DNA of 64,000 nucleotides from Acetobacteraceae bacterium (GTDB lineage Bacteria; Pseudomonadota; Alphaproteobacteria; Acetobacterales; Acetobacteraceae): assembly GCA_947371015.1 (NCBI GenBank), contig CANBNK010000012.1, positions 989 to 64,988 of the forward strand, given 5' to 3'. The notes beneath the pieces are model-generated. The model made no database searches, was not told the DNA's origin, and was given only the letters and a program-made list of their open reading frames with translations. This document shows positions 28,758 to 38,410 of the stretch, in pieces; position 1 is the stretch's first letter, and the number at the start of each line of letters is the position of its first letter. The position numbers and the translations under genes are program-made.

Positions 28758-30377
28758 TTATGGCAGCACGGCTTGCAGGCTGGTCCTTACCACAATGGCG
28801 CCGGGGCCGGGGGCATTCAACGCTTCCGCCAGCTTCGGCAATTCGCTGTTGTCATGCACGGTGGTGATCGGCGCGCGGAACGCCGCCGCCCAGGCCGCCA
28901 TGTCCGGATTCACCAGCGTCGTCCCGCTCACGCGGCCCGGATGCGCCTTTTCCTGATGGATGCGGATGCTGGCATAGCTGCCGTTATCCGACAGCAGCAT
29001 CTTCATATTCGCCCCGCGCGCCACGCCGACGGCGAACTCGCCACCGGTCATCAACGCCCCGCCATCGCCGACACAGCCAATGACCTGCCGCCCCGGGCAG
29101 CGCAGGCTGGCCGCCACCGCCGCCGGCATGCCAAACCCCATCGCGCCGGAAATCGGCACCAGCAAGCGCTGCCCCGGCCGCCACGCCACCTTGCGGTAGA
29201 ACGGCGCGCCAAAGGTCCCGGCATCCAAGGTCACGATGGCATCCGGCGCCACCGTCGCCTCCACCAGCTTGGCCACCTCGGCAAAGGCCACGCCATCCGG
29301 CAGCTCCCGCGGCTTCACGCCGCAATCGGCCACATGCAGCGCCCGCAACGAAGCGCACCAGCCTGAGCGCCCGGCCGGCGCCGCCGGCTTCTCGGCGCGC
29401 ATCGCCGCCAGCAGCGCCCGCGCGTCCACGTTCAGCGCCAGCTCCGCCGGGAACAGCCAACCAAGGAAGCGCGGGTCGGCGCAGACATGCACCAGCCGCT
29501 GCCCGGCCGCGGGCCAGGTCCAGCCCTGCGTGGTGATATCCGTCAGCCGCGTCCCCAGCGCCACCACCAGGTCGGCCTCGGCGAAGGCGGCGCGCTGCGC
29601 ATCCGGGTTCCGCAGGCCCAGGTCGCCGGCGTAGAGCGCATGGGTGTTGTCGAACAGATCCTGCCGCCGGAAGCTCACCGCCATCGGCAATTCCCAGGCT
29701 TCGGCAAAGGCCGCCAGCGCGGCGCGGCCATCCAGCCCGCCCGGCGTATCCAGCCCATGCCCGGCGAGCAAAATCGGCCGCTCGGCGGCACGCAGCATCG
29801 CCGCCAGCCGGGCGACATCCTCGGGCATCGGCGGTGCGGAACGCGGCAGGGTCGCCGCCAGCATCGGCGCGGTGCACTCCTCGGCCAGGATGTCCTCGGG
29901 CAGCGACAGCACCACCGGCCCCGGGACCCCGCCCATCGCCATGGCATAGGCCCGCGCGATCAGCTCCGGCACCTGGCTGGCGTCGGTCGCCTCGCCCACC
30001 CACTTGGCCACGCCGCGGAACATATTGGCGTAGTCGATTTCCTGGAACGCGTTGCGCCGCAGGTCGCGCTTTTCCACCTGGCCGATCAGCAGGATCAGCG
30101 GCACCGCATCCTGTTCGGCGGTATGTACGGCAATGCTGGCGTTGCAGGCGCCGGGACCACGCGAGACCAGTACCACGCCGGGCCGCCCGGTCAGCTTGGC
30201 ATCCGCCACCGCCATGAAGCCGGCACCGCCTTCGGTGCGGCAGGTCACCAGGTCCAGCCGGTTATGCGCGTGCAGCGCATCCAGCAGCGCGATGTAGCTC
30301 TCCCCCGGCACGCAGAAGGCGCGATCCACGCCCTGCTGCGCCAGGAACTCCACGATCATCTCGGCGGCTGTCGGCAT
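28758..30377 (-). CDS. thiamine diphosphate-dependent enzyme (acetolactate synthase-like family)
   Basis: ATG 30377 gives MPTAAEMIVEFLAQQGVDRAFCVPGESY. Contains GPGACN and the ThDP motif GDGGALM...SDNGSY. Confidence 0.85.
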   Translation of the reverse strand: MPTAAEMIVEFLAQQGVDRAFCVPGESYIALLDALHAHNRLDLVTCRTEGGAGFMAVADAKLTGRPGVVLVSRGPGACNASIAVHTAEQDAVPLILLIGQVEKRDLRRNAFQEIDYANMFRGVAKWVGEATDASQVPELIARAYAMAMGGVPGPVVLSLPEDILAEECTAPMLAATLPRSAPPMPEDVARLAAMLRAAERPILLAGHGLDTPGGLDGRAALAAFAEAWELPMAVSFRRQDLFDNTHALYAGDLGLRNPDAQRAAFAEADLVVALGTRLTDITTQGWTWPAAGQRLVHVCADPRFLGWLFPAELALNVDARALLAAMRAEKPAAPAGRSGWCASLRALHVADCGVKPRELPDGVAFAEVAKLVEATVAPDAIVTLDAGTFGAPFYRKVAWRPGQRLLVPISGAMGFGMPAAVAASLRCPGRQVIGCVGDGGALMTGGEFAVGVARGANMKMLLSDNGSYASIRIHQEKAHPGRVSGTTLVNPDMAAWAAAFRAPITTVHDNSELPKLAEALNAPGPGAIVVRTSLQAVLP

Positions 30378-30460
30378 GCGGCACGTTCTCCCTCTCGGGA
30401 ATGGGTAGCGCCACCCGCGCCTGCCGCCAAGGGTCAGCGCCAAGGCGCCGCGGCGCCGTC

Positions 30461-30880
30461 CTAGCGCAGGTAAACGCCCACCTGCGGATCGATCGAGACA
30501 ACCTGCACGCCATCGGCTTCCACATGGGTGCGGATATGCGCCACGCGGCGGTCGGAGACGGCGCGGCGCCAGGTGCAGTCATAGCCGGTGTAGCGCGCGG
30601 GCTCGGGCAGGCAGCTGAAGCCGGCGCGTTCCAGCCGGGCCAGCAGCGACACCAGGCTGGTGCCGGCGGGGTGCTGCATGTTCAGGTCGCGGGTCAGTGC
30701 CTCGGTGCCCAGTCGCGAACCCAGGCTGATATAGCGCTCGAACTGGCTCGGGCCGTTGGAGGTGCCGGTGGCGCCACCGATCCAGGCCATGCTGGCCACT
30801 GAGCCGAATACCAGCGTGCCGGCCATCAGCGCGAAGCGCGCGGTCTGGAAGCCATCTTTGGAGAAGATCATCGAATGCAT
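30461..30880 (-). CDS. small membrane-anchored/exported two-cysteine protein, paralog 1 of 3 (unknown function)
   Basis: N-terminal hydrophobic segment FALMAGTLVFGSVA. Shares the pattern L.RDL...G...S.L..L...GF.C......Y.C.[WY]RR with the next two genes. Confidence 0.55.
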   Translation of the reverse strand: MHSMIFSKDGFQTARFALMAGTLVFGSVASMAWIGGATGTSNGPSQFERYISLGSRLGTEALTRDLNMQHPAGTSLVSLLARLERAGFSCLPEPARYTGYDCTWRRAVSDRRVAHIRTHVEADGVQVVSIDPQVGVYLR

Positions 30881-30901
30881 CCTTGGAAGGGGGGAGGAGG
30901 C

Positions 30902-31357
30902 TCAGCCGCCGCTCTGGGCGACAGCCAGCGCCGCCGTGGCGGTGCGGCCCATAGCGAAGACCGGCACTGGCGCGGTAACGGTGGTCAGCACCGTGCCGTT
31001 GGTGACGATGCGTACCTGCAACTCGGCCACGCGGTCGAACAGCATGTGGCGGCGATAGGTGCAGTCATAGGCACCGGGCTCGCGCAGGTTGGCGTCGCAC
31101 TGGAAGCCGCCGTGCTGCATCCACGCCAGCAGCGAGCTGGCGTTGGCGCCCTGCGCCTGCCTGGTCATCAGGTCCCGCCGCAGCGCGCCCAGTGCGTCGT
31201 CCTGGCGCAGATAGTCATTGAACTGCGGCCGCGGCGGCTGTGGCGCGGGCTGGTGCGCGGTGACCGCATAGGCGGACACGGCGGTGAACAGCAGGCCCAT
31301 GGAAGCACCGGCCATGAGGCAGGTGCGGACGGTATCGGCGTAGCGCTTGACGGTCAT
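30902..31357 (-). CDS. small membrane-anchored/exported two-cysteine protein, paralog 2 of 3
   Basis: ATG 31357 is preceded by GAGGAGAGCA. Contains TM segment CLMAGASMGLLFTAVSAYAV and the conserved GFQC....YDCTYRR block. Confidence 0.6.
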   Translation of the reverse strand: MTVKRYADTVRTCLMAGASMGLLFTAVSAYAVTAHQPAPQPPRPQFNDYLRQDDALGALRRDLMTRQAQGANASSLLAWMQHGGFQCDANLREPGAYDCTYRRHMLFDRVAELQVRIVTNGTVLTTVTAPVPVFAMGRTATAALAVAQSGG

Positions 31358-31500
31358 GTTTGCTCTCCTCACGGGAAACTCTGGTGAGGAAGAGATAACC
31401 TGGGGTTGCGAAAAACACCCGTCGTGACCTGTCGCGTGTTGTCTCTGCACAACCGCTGCGTGCGCCCGACGCAAGTGGCAGAAGCCAGCTTATGCCTGGG

Positions 31501-31878
31501 TTAGCGGGCGACATCCTGCAGGGTGAAGCCGACGCTCAACGACATCAACCGGTCACTTGTCGCCCAAATTGCAACCAGAGCGCGCAATTGCCGATGTTCG
31601 CGGGCCTGCAACCTGGCCGTGCATTCCAGCGTACCCAGGGCGCCGGGCGCCGGCCCGCAGCGCAGCCCCTGCGCCTCCAGCCGCTGCACCAGCGGTTGCA
31701 CGGCAGTACCGGGCGGAAACCCCGCCAGCAGGTCGCGCTGCATCGCCTCGGCACCCGCGGGCACGCCCAGCCGGGCATAGCCCTCCAGCGGCCCCTTCGC
31801 CGCCGGCTCATGCACTGCCCAGGTGCCCAGGCCCAGCAGTGCCAGCAGCGCGCCGCCGACCACCGCCGCCTTGCGCAT
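31501..31878 (-). CDS. small membrane-anchored/exported two-cysteine protein, paralog 3 of 3
   Basis: ATG 31878 gives MRKAAVVGGALLALLGLGTWA. Has the same RDL...GL.C....LEC pattern in more diverged form. Confidence 0.5.
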   Translation of the reverse strand: MRKAAVVGGALLALLGLGTWAVHEPAAKGPLEGYARLGVPAGAEAMQRDLLAGFPPGTAVQPLVQRLEAQGLRCGPAPGALGTLECTARLQAREHRQLRALVAIWATSDRLMSLSVGFTLQDVAR

Positions 31879-31955
31879 GGTCCCCGGCTCCCAGCCCACG
31901 CCGCGCACGGGTCCGCCGCTGGGCACCCCCTTGGGCACCCCCTTGGGCGCAGCCA

Positions 31956-33413
31956 TCAGCCGCGGTTGCGCCGAATGAGCCGCCCCGGCGCGGCGCCGGT
32001 CATGCCGGTGGCGCCGACATAGGTGGCCACCCCATTGGTCCAGACCTGCTCGATCCCCTGGCTCGGGATGGTCGGCTGGTCGAACGTCGCGCGGTCCACC
32101 ACCGTATGCGGGTCGAACAGCACCAGGTCGGCAAACGCCCCGGTGCGGATGACGCCACGATCCACCATGCCGAACAGCTCGGCGGTGCGCCCGGTCATCT
32201 TGTGGACGGCGGTCTCCAGGTCGAACAACCCGAGATGCCTGCTGTAGTACCCCAGCACGCGCGGGAAGGTGCCCCACAGCCGCGGATGCGGATGCACGTC
32301 ATGCGGAATGCCGTCCGACCCGATGATGCTCATCGGATGCGCCATGATCCGGCGGACATCATCCTCCTCCATCTGGAAGGTGATGGCGCCGGCCGGCAGC
32401 AGCTTCTCCGCCGCCGAGACCGGGTCCATGTTCCAGCCACGGGCGATATCCGCCAGGTCCTTGCCCGTCATCTCCGGATGCGGCACCGACCAGCTGACGA
32501 TCACGCGCAGCCCCTCGCGCAGCCGGTCCGGCATCAGCACCGTGGAGCCCGCGGGATAGGGATACACGTCGAACGCAATCTCCTGCGTCCGATTGATCGC
32601 CTCCATCAGCGCCAGCGTCTGCACGCTGCGGCCGTAATTCTCGGGCAGCGAGCACTTGTGGTGGCTGACATGCACCTGCACGCCCAACCGCGCGCCGATC
32701 TTCGCCGTCTCCTCGATGCTCGCGCAGACGCGGTCGGCTTCATCGCGCATATGCGTGGCGTACAGCCCGCCTGCGGCCGTCAGTGGTTCGGCGACGGCGA
32801 TAACCTCCTCGGTCGTCGCATGCATGTTGGGCTTGTAGTACAGGCCGGTCGAAAATCCGCTGGCCCCCGCCGCCAGGCTCTCCGCCACGTATTGCCGCAT
32901 CCGCGCAATCTCATGGTCCTTCGCGCCGCGCGTCAGGCAGTCATCGCCCATCACGATGGCGCGCAGCGTCTGATGCCCGACAAACGCATAGGTATTCACC
33001 GGGGAAGGCGTCTTCCGCAGCGCCTCGGCATATTCGCCGAAATGCTCGTAGCGGAAGCCCTCCTGGTCGCCCACCAGGTCCAGCGGCGGCGGCGGCCGCT
33101 TGCTGAAGGTGCCCGGCGACAGGCTGACGCCGCAATTGCCGACCACCACGCTGGTGACGCCCTGCGACGACTTGCAGCACAGGCACTGCACGCCCATCAG
33201 CACGGCGCGGTCGTCATGCGTGTGGCTGTCGATGAACCCCGGCGCGAGCGCCTTGCCAGTGGCGATGATTTCCTTGTCCGCGGAAGCCCCGCCAAGGTCG
33301 CCCACGCCGACGATGCGCTCGCCGGTGACCCCGACATCGCCGGTGAAGCGCGGGTTGCCGGTGCCATCCAGGATGGTCGCGTCGCGGATGATCAGGTCAC
33401 AACGGAGGGCCAT
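31956..33413 (-). CDS. N-acyl-D-amino-acid deacylase (D-aminoacylase), amidohydrolase superfamily
   Basis: DLIIRDATILDGTG, GFIDSHTHDD and the overall length are typical of the family. The start at 33413 lies 2 nt after the hyuB stop; an alternative is 33431. Confidence 0.85.
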   Translation of the reverse strand: MALRCDLIIRDATILDGTGNPRFTGDVGVTGERIVGVGDLGGASADKEIIATGKALAPGFIDSHTHDDRAVLMGVQCLCCKSSQGVTSVVVGNCGVSLSPGTFSKRPPPPLDLVGDQEGFRYEHFGEYAEALRKTPSPVNTYAFVGHQTLRAIVMGDDCLTRGAKDHEIARMRQYVAESLAAGASGFSTGLYYKPNMHATTEEVIAVAEPLTAAGGLYATHMRDEADRVCASIEETAKIGARLGVQVHVSHHKCSLPENYGRSVQTLALMEAINRTQEIAFDVYPYPAGSTVLMPDRLREGLRVIVSWSVPHPEMTGKDLADIARGWNMDPVSAAEKLLPAGAITFQMEEDDVRRIMAHPMSIIGSDGIPHDVHPHPRLWGTFPRVLGYYSRHLGLFDLETAVHKMTGRTAELFGMVDRGVIRTGAFADLVLFDPHTVVDRATFDQPTIPSQGIEQVWTNGVATYVGATGMTGAAPGRLIRRNRG

Positions 33414-33414
33414 C

Positions 33415-35079
33415 TCAGACGTCCACCCCATAGACCGCCTTGGCGTTGGCGGCCGTTACCAACCCATCCGCCACGTCCTGCTTCACCAGCTCCGGGTCGC
33501 GCGCCTTCGGGTCGCCCATGCCGCCGCCGCCCGGCAATTGCAGCACCAGGCGCCGGCCCTTCGGCACAATCTGGAACCCCTTGGTCCGCAGCACCGTCCC
33601 ATTCGCGTCGTTCAGCCCAACCCAACCGGCCGCGCCGCTCTCGCCGCCCTCGCGCCCCTTCGGCGGGTTCGCCACCCGGTCGAAAATCGCGTTTACCGCA
33701 AACTCCGCCTCGTTCTTGCAGCCCACAACCATGGTCTGCCCGAACCCACCGCGCGTCCGCCCGGCGCCGGCGCTGTCCGGCCGCAACTGCTTCTCCCAGA
33801 AGATCACGCTGGCCACGTTCTCGGTCGCCTCCACCGGCATGGTCCGCACGCCCGACGGAAAGGCGATGCCGCTCAGCCCATCCTTCCCCGGCCGCGCGCC
33901 CGTGCCGCCGGAGTTGAAGGTGATGACCTCGAAATCCTCGACCTCCGCATGCTGCCCGCTGACCTGCGCGCCACCACGCAGCGGCGGGTTCCACAAACAC
34001 GAAGACCCCTCGGCATTCACCCGCCCCGGCACCGCCTGGTGCAGGCAGCCCATCATCAAATCCGGCAGCAACTGCCCCACCACATGCCGCACGCTCACCG
34101 GATACGGCCGCGGTGTGTTCAGGATGCAGTCATCCGGAATCTCCATCACGAAGGGCGCCAGCGAAGCCCAGTTGTTCGGAATCTCCGGCGCCACCACGCA
34201 CTTGATGCCGAAGCAGGAATACGCCCGGCAATACGCCGCCGGCACGTTGATGCCGCGCTGCGAGAAGCCCGACGTCCCCGCATAATCCACCACGATCTTA
34301 TCCGCGTGGATCGTCATCGCCGCCTTCAGCGTCACCGGCGCTTCATAGCCGTCCGAGACGATCTGCGCCGAATACGTGCCCTTCGGCAGCTTCTCGATTT
34401 CCGCCAGCGTCGCCTTCAGCGAACTCTCGAAAATGTACGCCGCCAGCGGATCGATCGAGTCCATCTTGAACTCGTCCATCATTTCTACGAGTCGCTTGGC
34501 CCCCGCATCATTGCAGGCACACAGCGAGTAGATATCGCCTTCCAGCTCAATCGGCGTGCGGCTGCCGACGCGGATGAAGTCGAAGAAGGTCTCGTTCGGC
34601 ACGCCCTTGTCGAAGCATTTGACGATGGGGATATACAGCCCCTCCTCGAACACGCTCCGCCCTTCCGGCCCCATGCCCAAGCCGCCGATATCGATGATAT
34701 GCGCGGTATTGGCGAAGATCCCGACGCACTTGCCATTGCGGAAGGCCGGCGTCACCACCGTCAGGTCGTGCAGGTGCCCCGTGCCCAGCCAAGGGTCGTT
34801 GGTGATGTAGTGATCACCCGGCTGCATCCCCGCGACGGGGAACTTCTTCAGGAAGTGCCCGACGCTCTCCATCATGCTGTTCACATGCCCGGGCGTCCCG
34901 GTCACGGCCTGCGCCAGCATCCGCGCATCCAGGTCAAAGATGCCCGCCGAGAGATCGCCAGCCTCGCGCACCGTGGTGCTGAAGGCGGTGCGGATCATCG
35001 TCTGCGCCTGCTCCTCCACCACCGCGATCAGGCGGTTCCATTGGATCTGGCGCTGAATGGTTTCCAGTGCGTTGCTCAT
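33415..35079 (-). CDS. hyuB: hydantoinase B / 5-oxoprolinase-family protein
   Basis: ATG 35079 gives MSNALETIQRQIQWNRLIAVVEEQAQTMIRTAFSTTVREAGDLSAGIFD, the canonical HyuB N-terminus. The start overlaps the hyuA stop (ATGA). Confidence 0.9.
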   Translation of the reverse strand: MSNALETIQRQIQWNRLIAVVEEQAQTMIRTAFSTTVREAGDLSAGIFDLDARMLAQAVTGTPGHVNSMMESVGHFLKKFPVAGMQPGDHYITNDPWLGTGHLHDLTVVTPAFRNGKCVGIFANTAHIIDIGGLGMGPEGRSVFEEGLYIPIVKCFDKGVPNETFFDFIRVGSRTPIELEGDIYSLCACNDAGAKRLVEMMDEFKMDSIDPLAAYIFESSLKATLAEIEKLPKGTYSAQIVSDGYEAPVTLKAAMTIHADKIVVDYAGTSGFSQRGINVPAAYCRAYSCFGIKCVVAPEIPNNWASLAPFVMEIPDDCILNTPRPYPVSVRHVVGQLLPDLMMGCLHQAVPGRVNAEGSSCLWNPPLRGGAQVSGQHAEVEDFEVITFNSGGTGARPGKDGLSGIAFPSGVRTMPVEATENVASVIFWEKQLRPDSAGAGRTRGGFGQTMVVGCKNEAEFAVNAIFDRVANPPKGREGGESGAAGWVGLNDANGTVLRTKGFQIVPKGRRLVLQLPGGGGMGDPKARDPELVKQDVADGLVTAANAKAVYGVDV

Positions 35080-37145
35080 GCCACCCGCTCCAGTTCCAAG
35101 TAACCCAACCCATCCATCCGGCACGTCCAGCCGGCGCCGACCAGCGTGCTGGTCTCCTCCTCGGCCACGATGCACGGCCCCTGCACCATGCAGCCCGGCA
35201 CCATCTCCAGCCGGTCATACACCGCCCAGGCGCTGCGCTCGCCCGTGCTGGTATCCAGCACCTGGTGATGCCGGATCGGCGCCGGCGCCGGCGCATCCGC
35301 CACGTTCGCCACCGGATCGACACCCGGCACCACGGTGGCCACCGTCACGGCGAAGCTCATGATCTCGACATCGCTGCCCGGCACCGGCCGGTCATAGAAG
35401 CGCGAATACTCGGTATCATACGCCGCGCGGATCACCGCGACATCCGCCTCGGCCAAATCCCGCGCCGGCAGGAAGACGGCAATCTCATGCCCCTGGCCCA
35501 CGTACCGCATGAAGGCGATGCGCGTCTGCGTCGTCGGAGCATCAAACGCCGCCTTGGCGACAACGCCAGCCGCCTCGTTCGCCATGCCCGCCAGCAGCGC
35601 ATTCACCGCCAGCACGTTGAAGGTTGCGAAGCGCTGGTACAGCGACTTCACCACCTCATACGCCACCGGCGCCCGCAAGAACCCAATGGCGCTGCCAACA
35701 CCCGCGCCCGAAGGCACCAGCATCCGGTTCACGCCGATCTTCTCGGCCACGCGGTAGCCATGCACCGGCCCACCGCCACCAAAGGCGATGATGGTCCGCC
35801 CGTCATACCCCTTGCCGCTCTCGATGGCATGGACACGCGCCGCATTGGCCATGTTCTCATCGACCATTTCGACAACGCCCAAGCCCGCCATATCCGGCGC
35901 CAGCCCCAGCTTCTCGCCAACCGCCGCGCCCAGCGCCGCCAGCGCTTCCTTCGGGTGCAGCTTCAGCGCGCCACCAGCGAACAGTTCCGGGTCGTAGCGC
36001 CCCAGCGCCAGGTTCGCATCCGTCACCGCCGGGCGGGTGCCGCCGCGGCCATAGCAAGCCGGCCCGGGCGAGGCGCCGGCACTCTCCGGCCCCACCTGAA
36101 TCCGCCCCATCGAATCAACCTGCGCCAGCGACCCGCCGCCGGCGCCGATCTCCACCATCTCGATGACCGGTATCCGCAACGGCAACCCGCTGCCCTTCTT
36201 GAACCGCCCGACGCGCGCGACCTCAAACGTGCGGCTGGCCTGCGGCTGGAACTCGTCGATCAGGCAGATCTTCGCGGTGGTCCCGCCCATGTCGAAGGAC
36301 AGCACCTGCCGCAGCCCGCGCTGCTTCGCCACATGCGCCGAGAAGATCGCGCCACCCGCCGGCCCACTCTCCACCAGCCGAATGGGGAAGCGCGCCGCCG
36401 TCTCCAGCGTGGTCAGCCCACCGCCCGACAGCATCATGAACAGCGGGCAGGCCACGCCGGCCTGGCGCAGCCCGGTCTCCAGCCGCCCAAGATAGCTCGC
36501 CATCATCGGCTGCACGTAAGCGTTGGCAACGGTGGTGGAAAACCGCTCCCACTCCCGCATTTCCGGCGAGACTTCGGACGACAGCGAAATCGGCACCGCC
36601 GGCCACAACTGCCGGACGATCGCCGCTGCCTGCCGCTCATGCGCCGGATTGACGAAGGAATGCAGGAAGCCGATGGCCACGGCCTCGATCCCCTCCCGCA
36701 TCATGAACTCAACCTGCTTCGCCACCGCGGCTTCATCCAGCGGCAGCAGCACCTTGCCGGTATTGTCCAACCGTTCCTGCACCGGCAGGCGCCAGCGCCG
36801 CGGCACCAGCGGCTGCGCCAACTCGATGTTCAGGTCGTACTGGTCGTAGCGGCTCTCATTGCCCAGGGCGAGAACGTCGCGGAACCCTTCGGTGGTCAAC
36901 AGCGCGGTCTTGGCGCCCTTGCGTTCGATGACGGCATTGGTCGCCAGCGTCGTGCCATGAATGACCAGCAGCAGATCGGTGGCGGTCAGCCCGGCCCGCG
37001 CCAGCACCACCTTCACACCCTCCAGCACGCCTTCCTCCGGCGCATGCGGCGTGGTCAGCACCTTGGCAGTCCAACGCTGATCGCCCTGCTCAATCGCCAG
37101 GTCGGTGAAGGTACCGCCGATATCAACGGCCAGACGAGCGCTCAC
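35076..37145 (-). CDS. hyuA: hydantoinase A / 5-oxoprolinase-family protein
   Basis: RLAVDIGGTFTD at the N-terminus, with a second ATPase motif DMGGTTAKI. GTG 37145 overlaps the TGA of the upstream gene (GTGA). The longest ORF starts at 37184. Confidence 0.9.
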   Translation of the reverse strand: MSARLAVDIGGTFTDLAIEQGDQRWTAKVLTTPHAPEEGVLEGVKVVLARAGLTATDLLLVIHGTTLATNAVIERKGAKTALLTTEGFRDVLALGNESRYDQYDLNIELAQPLVPRRWRLPVQERLDNTGKVLLPLDEAAVAKQVEFMMREGIEAVAIGFLHSFVNPAHERQAAAIVRQLWPAVPISLSSEVSPEMREWERFSTTVANAYVQPMMASYLGRLETGLRQAGVACPLFMMLSGGGLTTLETAARFPIRLVESGPAGGAIFSAHVAKQRGLRQVLSFDMGGTTAKICLIDEFQPQASRTFEVARVGRFKKGSGLPLRIPVIEMVEIGAGGGSLAQVDSMGRIQVGPESAGASPGPACYGRGGTRPAVTDANLALGRYDPELFAGGALKLHPKEALAALGAAVGEKLGLAPDMAGLGVVEMVDENMANAARVHAIESGKGYDGRTIIAFGGGGPVHGYRVAEKIGVNRMLVPSGAGVGSAIGFLRAPVAYEVVKSLYQRFATFNVLAVNALLAGMANEAAGVVAKAAFDAPTTQTRIAFMRYVGQGHEIAVFLPARDLAEADVAVIRAAYDTEYSRFYDRPVPGSDVEIMSFAVTVATVVPGVDPVANVADAPAPAPIRHHQVLDTSTGERSAWAVYDRLEMVPGCMVQGPCIVAEEETSTLVGAGWTCRMDGLGYLELERVA

Positions 37146-38410
37146 GCCGACATCTCCGCGGCCCAACGCTGCGCCACGGCGCACGCCTTCGCAAAATCTT
37201 CCATCCGCATCGCTTCCTTCGGGTTGTGGCTGCCGTTCTGGTTCCTGACAAACAACATGCCAGCGGGAACCCCGGCCTGGGCGAAGGCGACCGCGTCGTG
37301 CCCCCCGCCGCTCGCCATCGTGTGAAAAGGTATGTCCAGCGCCATCGCCGCGCGCTTCAGGCCGTCCTGCACGCCGGCATCCATCAGGCTGGCCGGGCTG
37401 CCGGATTGTGCGCCCAGTTCAAACCTTACGCCGCGCCGTGCCTCAATCTCCGGCACCTTGTCGTACAGCACCTCCCAGATGGCATCGATGCTGTGCAGGT
37501 TCACGCTGCGCACATCCAGCTGGAAGGTCGCCTCGCCGGCCACCTTGGTGAAGCCGGCCTCCGCCGTGGTGCCCATGGTGCAGAAGGTGACGACCAACTG
37601 CTGCCCCTGCGCATCCAGCCGGCACCAGGCGTCATCCAGCGCCACTGCCAGGTCGGCCAGCGCAATCGCCGCATCCCGCCTGTACTTCCGCGGCGTCCCA
37701 CCGGAATGGTTGTACTCGCCCAGCACCCGCCCGGTGCGCAGCCGCCGGCTGCCGGGAATGCCGGTGACGATCCCAATCGGAATCTCGTCGCTGTCGAGCA
37801 CCGGCCCCTGCTCGATATGCACTTCCAGATACGCCGCGACGTTGTGCGGCCCCAACACCTTGTCGCCACGCCGGGCGAACGCGGGCTGGAAGCCCTCCTC
37901 GGTCATGTGGTCCGCCAACGAGCGCCCACTGTCCAGCCGCCGGATATCCAGCTCCTCCGCCCGCAACGCCCCCAGCGCGCCGCGAGACCCCGGAAAACTG
38001 GTCGGAAACCACGCCCCGGCCTCCTCCGCCCGCGTCACCATCACGCCGACATCGCGCTTAGGCTGCCAGCCGGCCTGCTTCATCCCCGCCACCGCCGCCA
38101 GCCCCGCCAGCACGCCAGCGGCGCCGTCGAAGTTGCCGCCATTCACCACGCTGTCCAGATGGCTGCCGATCAGCACCCGCTTCGCGCCACGGTCCGTCCC
38201 CGGCAGCGTGCAGTACAGGTTGCCGATCGGGTCGGCCGCCGTCTCCAGCCCCAGCTTCTCGGCCGCGTCCTTGACCAGCGCATGCGCCATCCGCTCGCCC
38301 GGCCCATAGGCCTCTCGCGTAATCCCCACGCCGTCGAAACTGCGCGCCCGCAAGTCGTCGAACAACCGCTCGGCCAGTGCCACGTCGGGGGTAAGGTTGG
38401 GCAACATCAC
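37142..38410 (-). CDS. M20-family amidohydrolase (N-carbamoyl-L-amino-acid hydrolase / allantoate amidohydrolase type)
   Basis: 422 aa. IGSHLDSVVNGGNFDGAAGV, HIEQGPVL, YNHSGGTP and SGGGHDA match the AmaB/HyuC/AllC subfamily. Confidence 0.85.
   Translation of the reverse strand: MMLPNLTPDVALAERLFDDLRARSFDGVGITREAYGPGERMAHALVKDAAEKLGLETAADPIGNLYCTLPGTDRGAKRVLIGSHLDSVVNGGNFDGAAGVLAGLAAVAGMKQAGWQPKRDVGVMVTRAEEAGAWFPTSFPGSRGALGALRAEELDIRRLDSGRSLADHMTEEGFQPAFARRGDKVLGPHNVAAYLEVHIEQGPVLDSDEIPIGIVTGIPGSRRLRTGRVLGEYNHSGGTPRKYRRDAAIALADLAVALDDAWCRLDAQGQQLVVTFCTMGTTAEAGFTKVAGEATFQLDVRSVNLHSIDAIWEVLYDKVPEIEARRGVRFELGAQSGSPASLMDAGVQDGLKRAAMALDIPFHTMASGGGHDAVAFAQAGVPAGMLFVRNQNGSHNPKEAMRMEDFAKACAVAQRWAAEMSA

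Noticed and set aside
31557-33917. Very long track ORFs with Arg/Ala/Pro/Gly-rich translations. Examples: 31557-33917 (+) 786 aa, 35067-37325 (+) 752 aa, 46575-49079 (-) 834 aa, 54068-56152 (-) 694 aa, 19090-20988 (-) 632 aa, 859-2280 (+), 3239-4663 (+).
   Set aside because: They run antisense or out of frame to genes with clear family motifs. Their low-complexity composition is typical of stop-codon-poor alternative frames in 70% G+C DNA, and they contain no recognisable domains.
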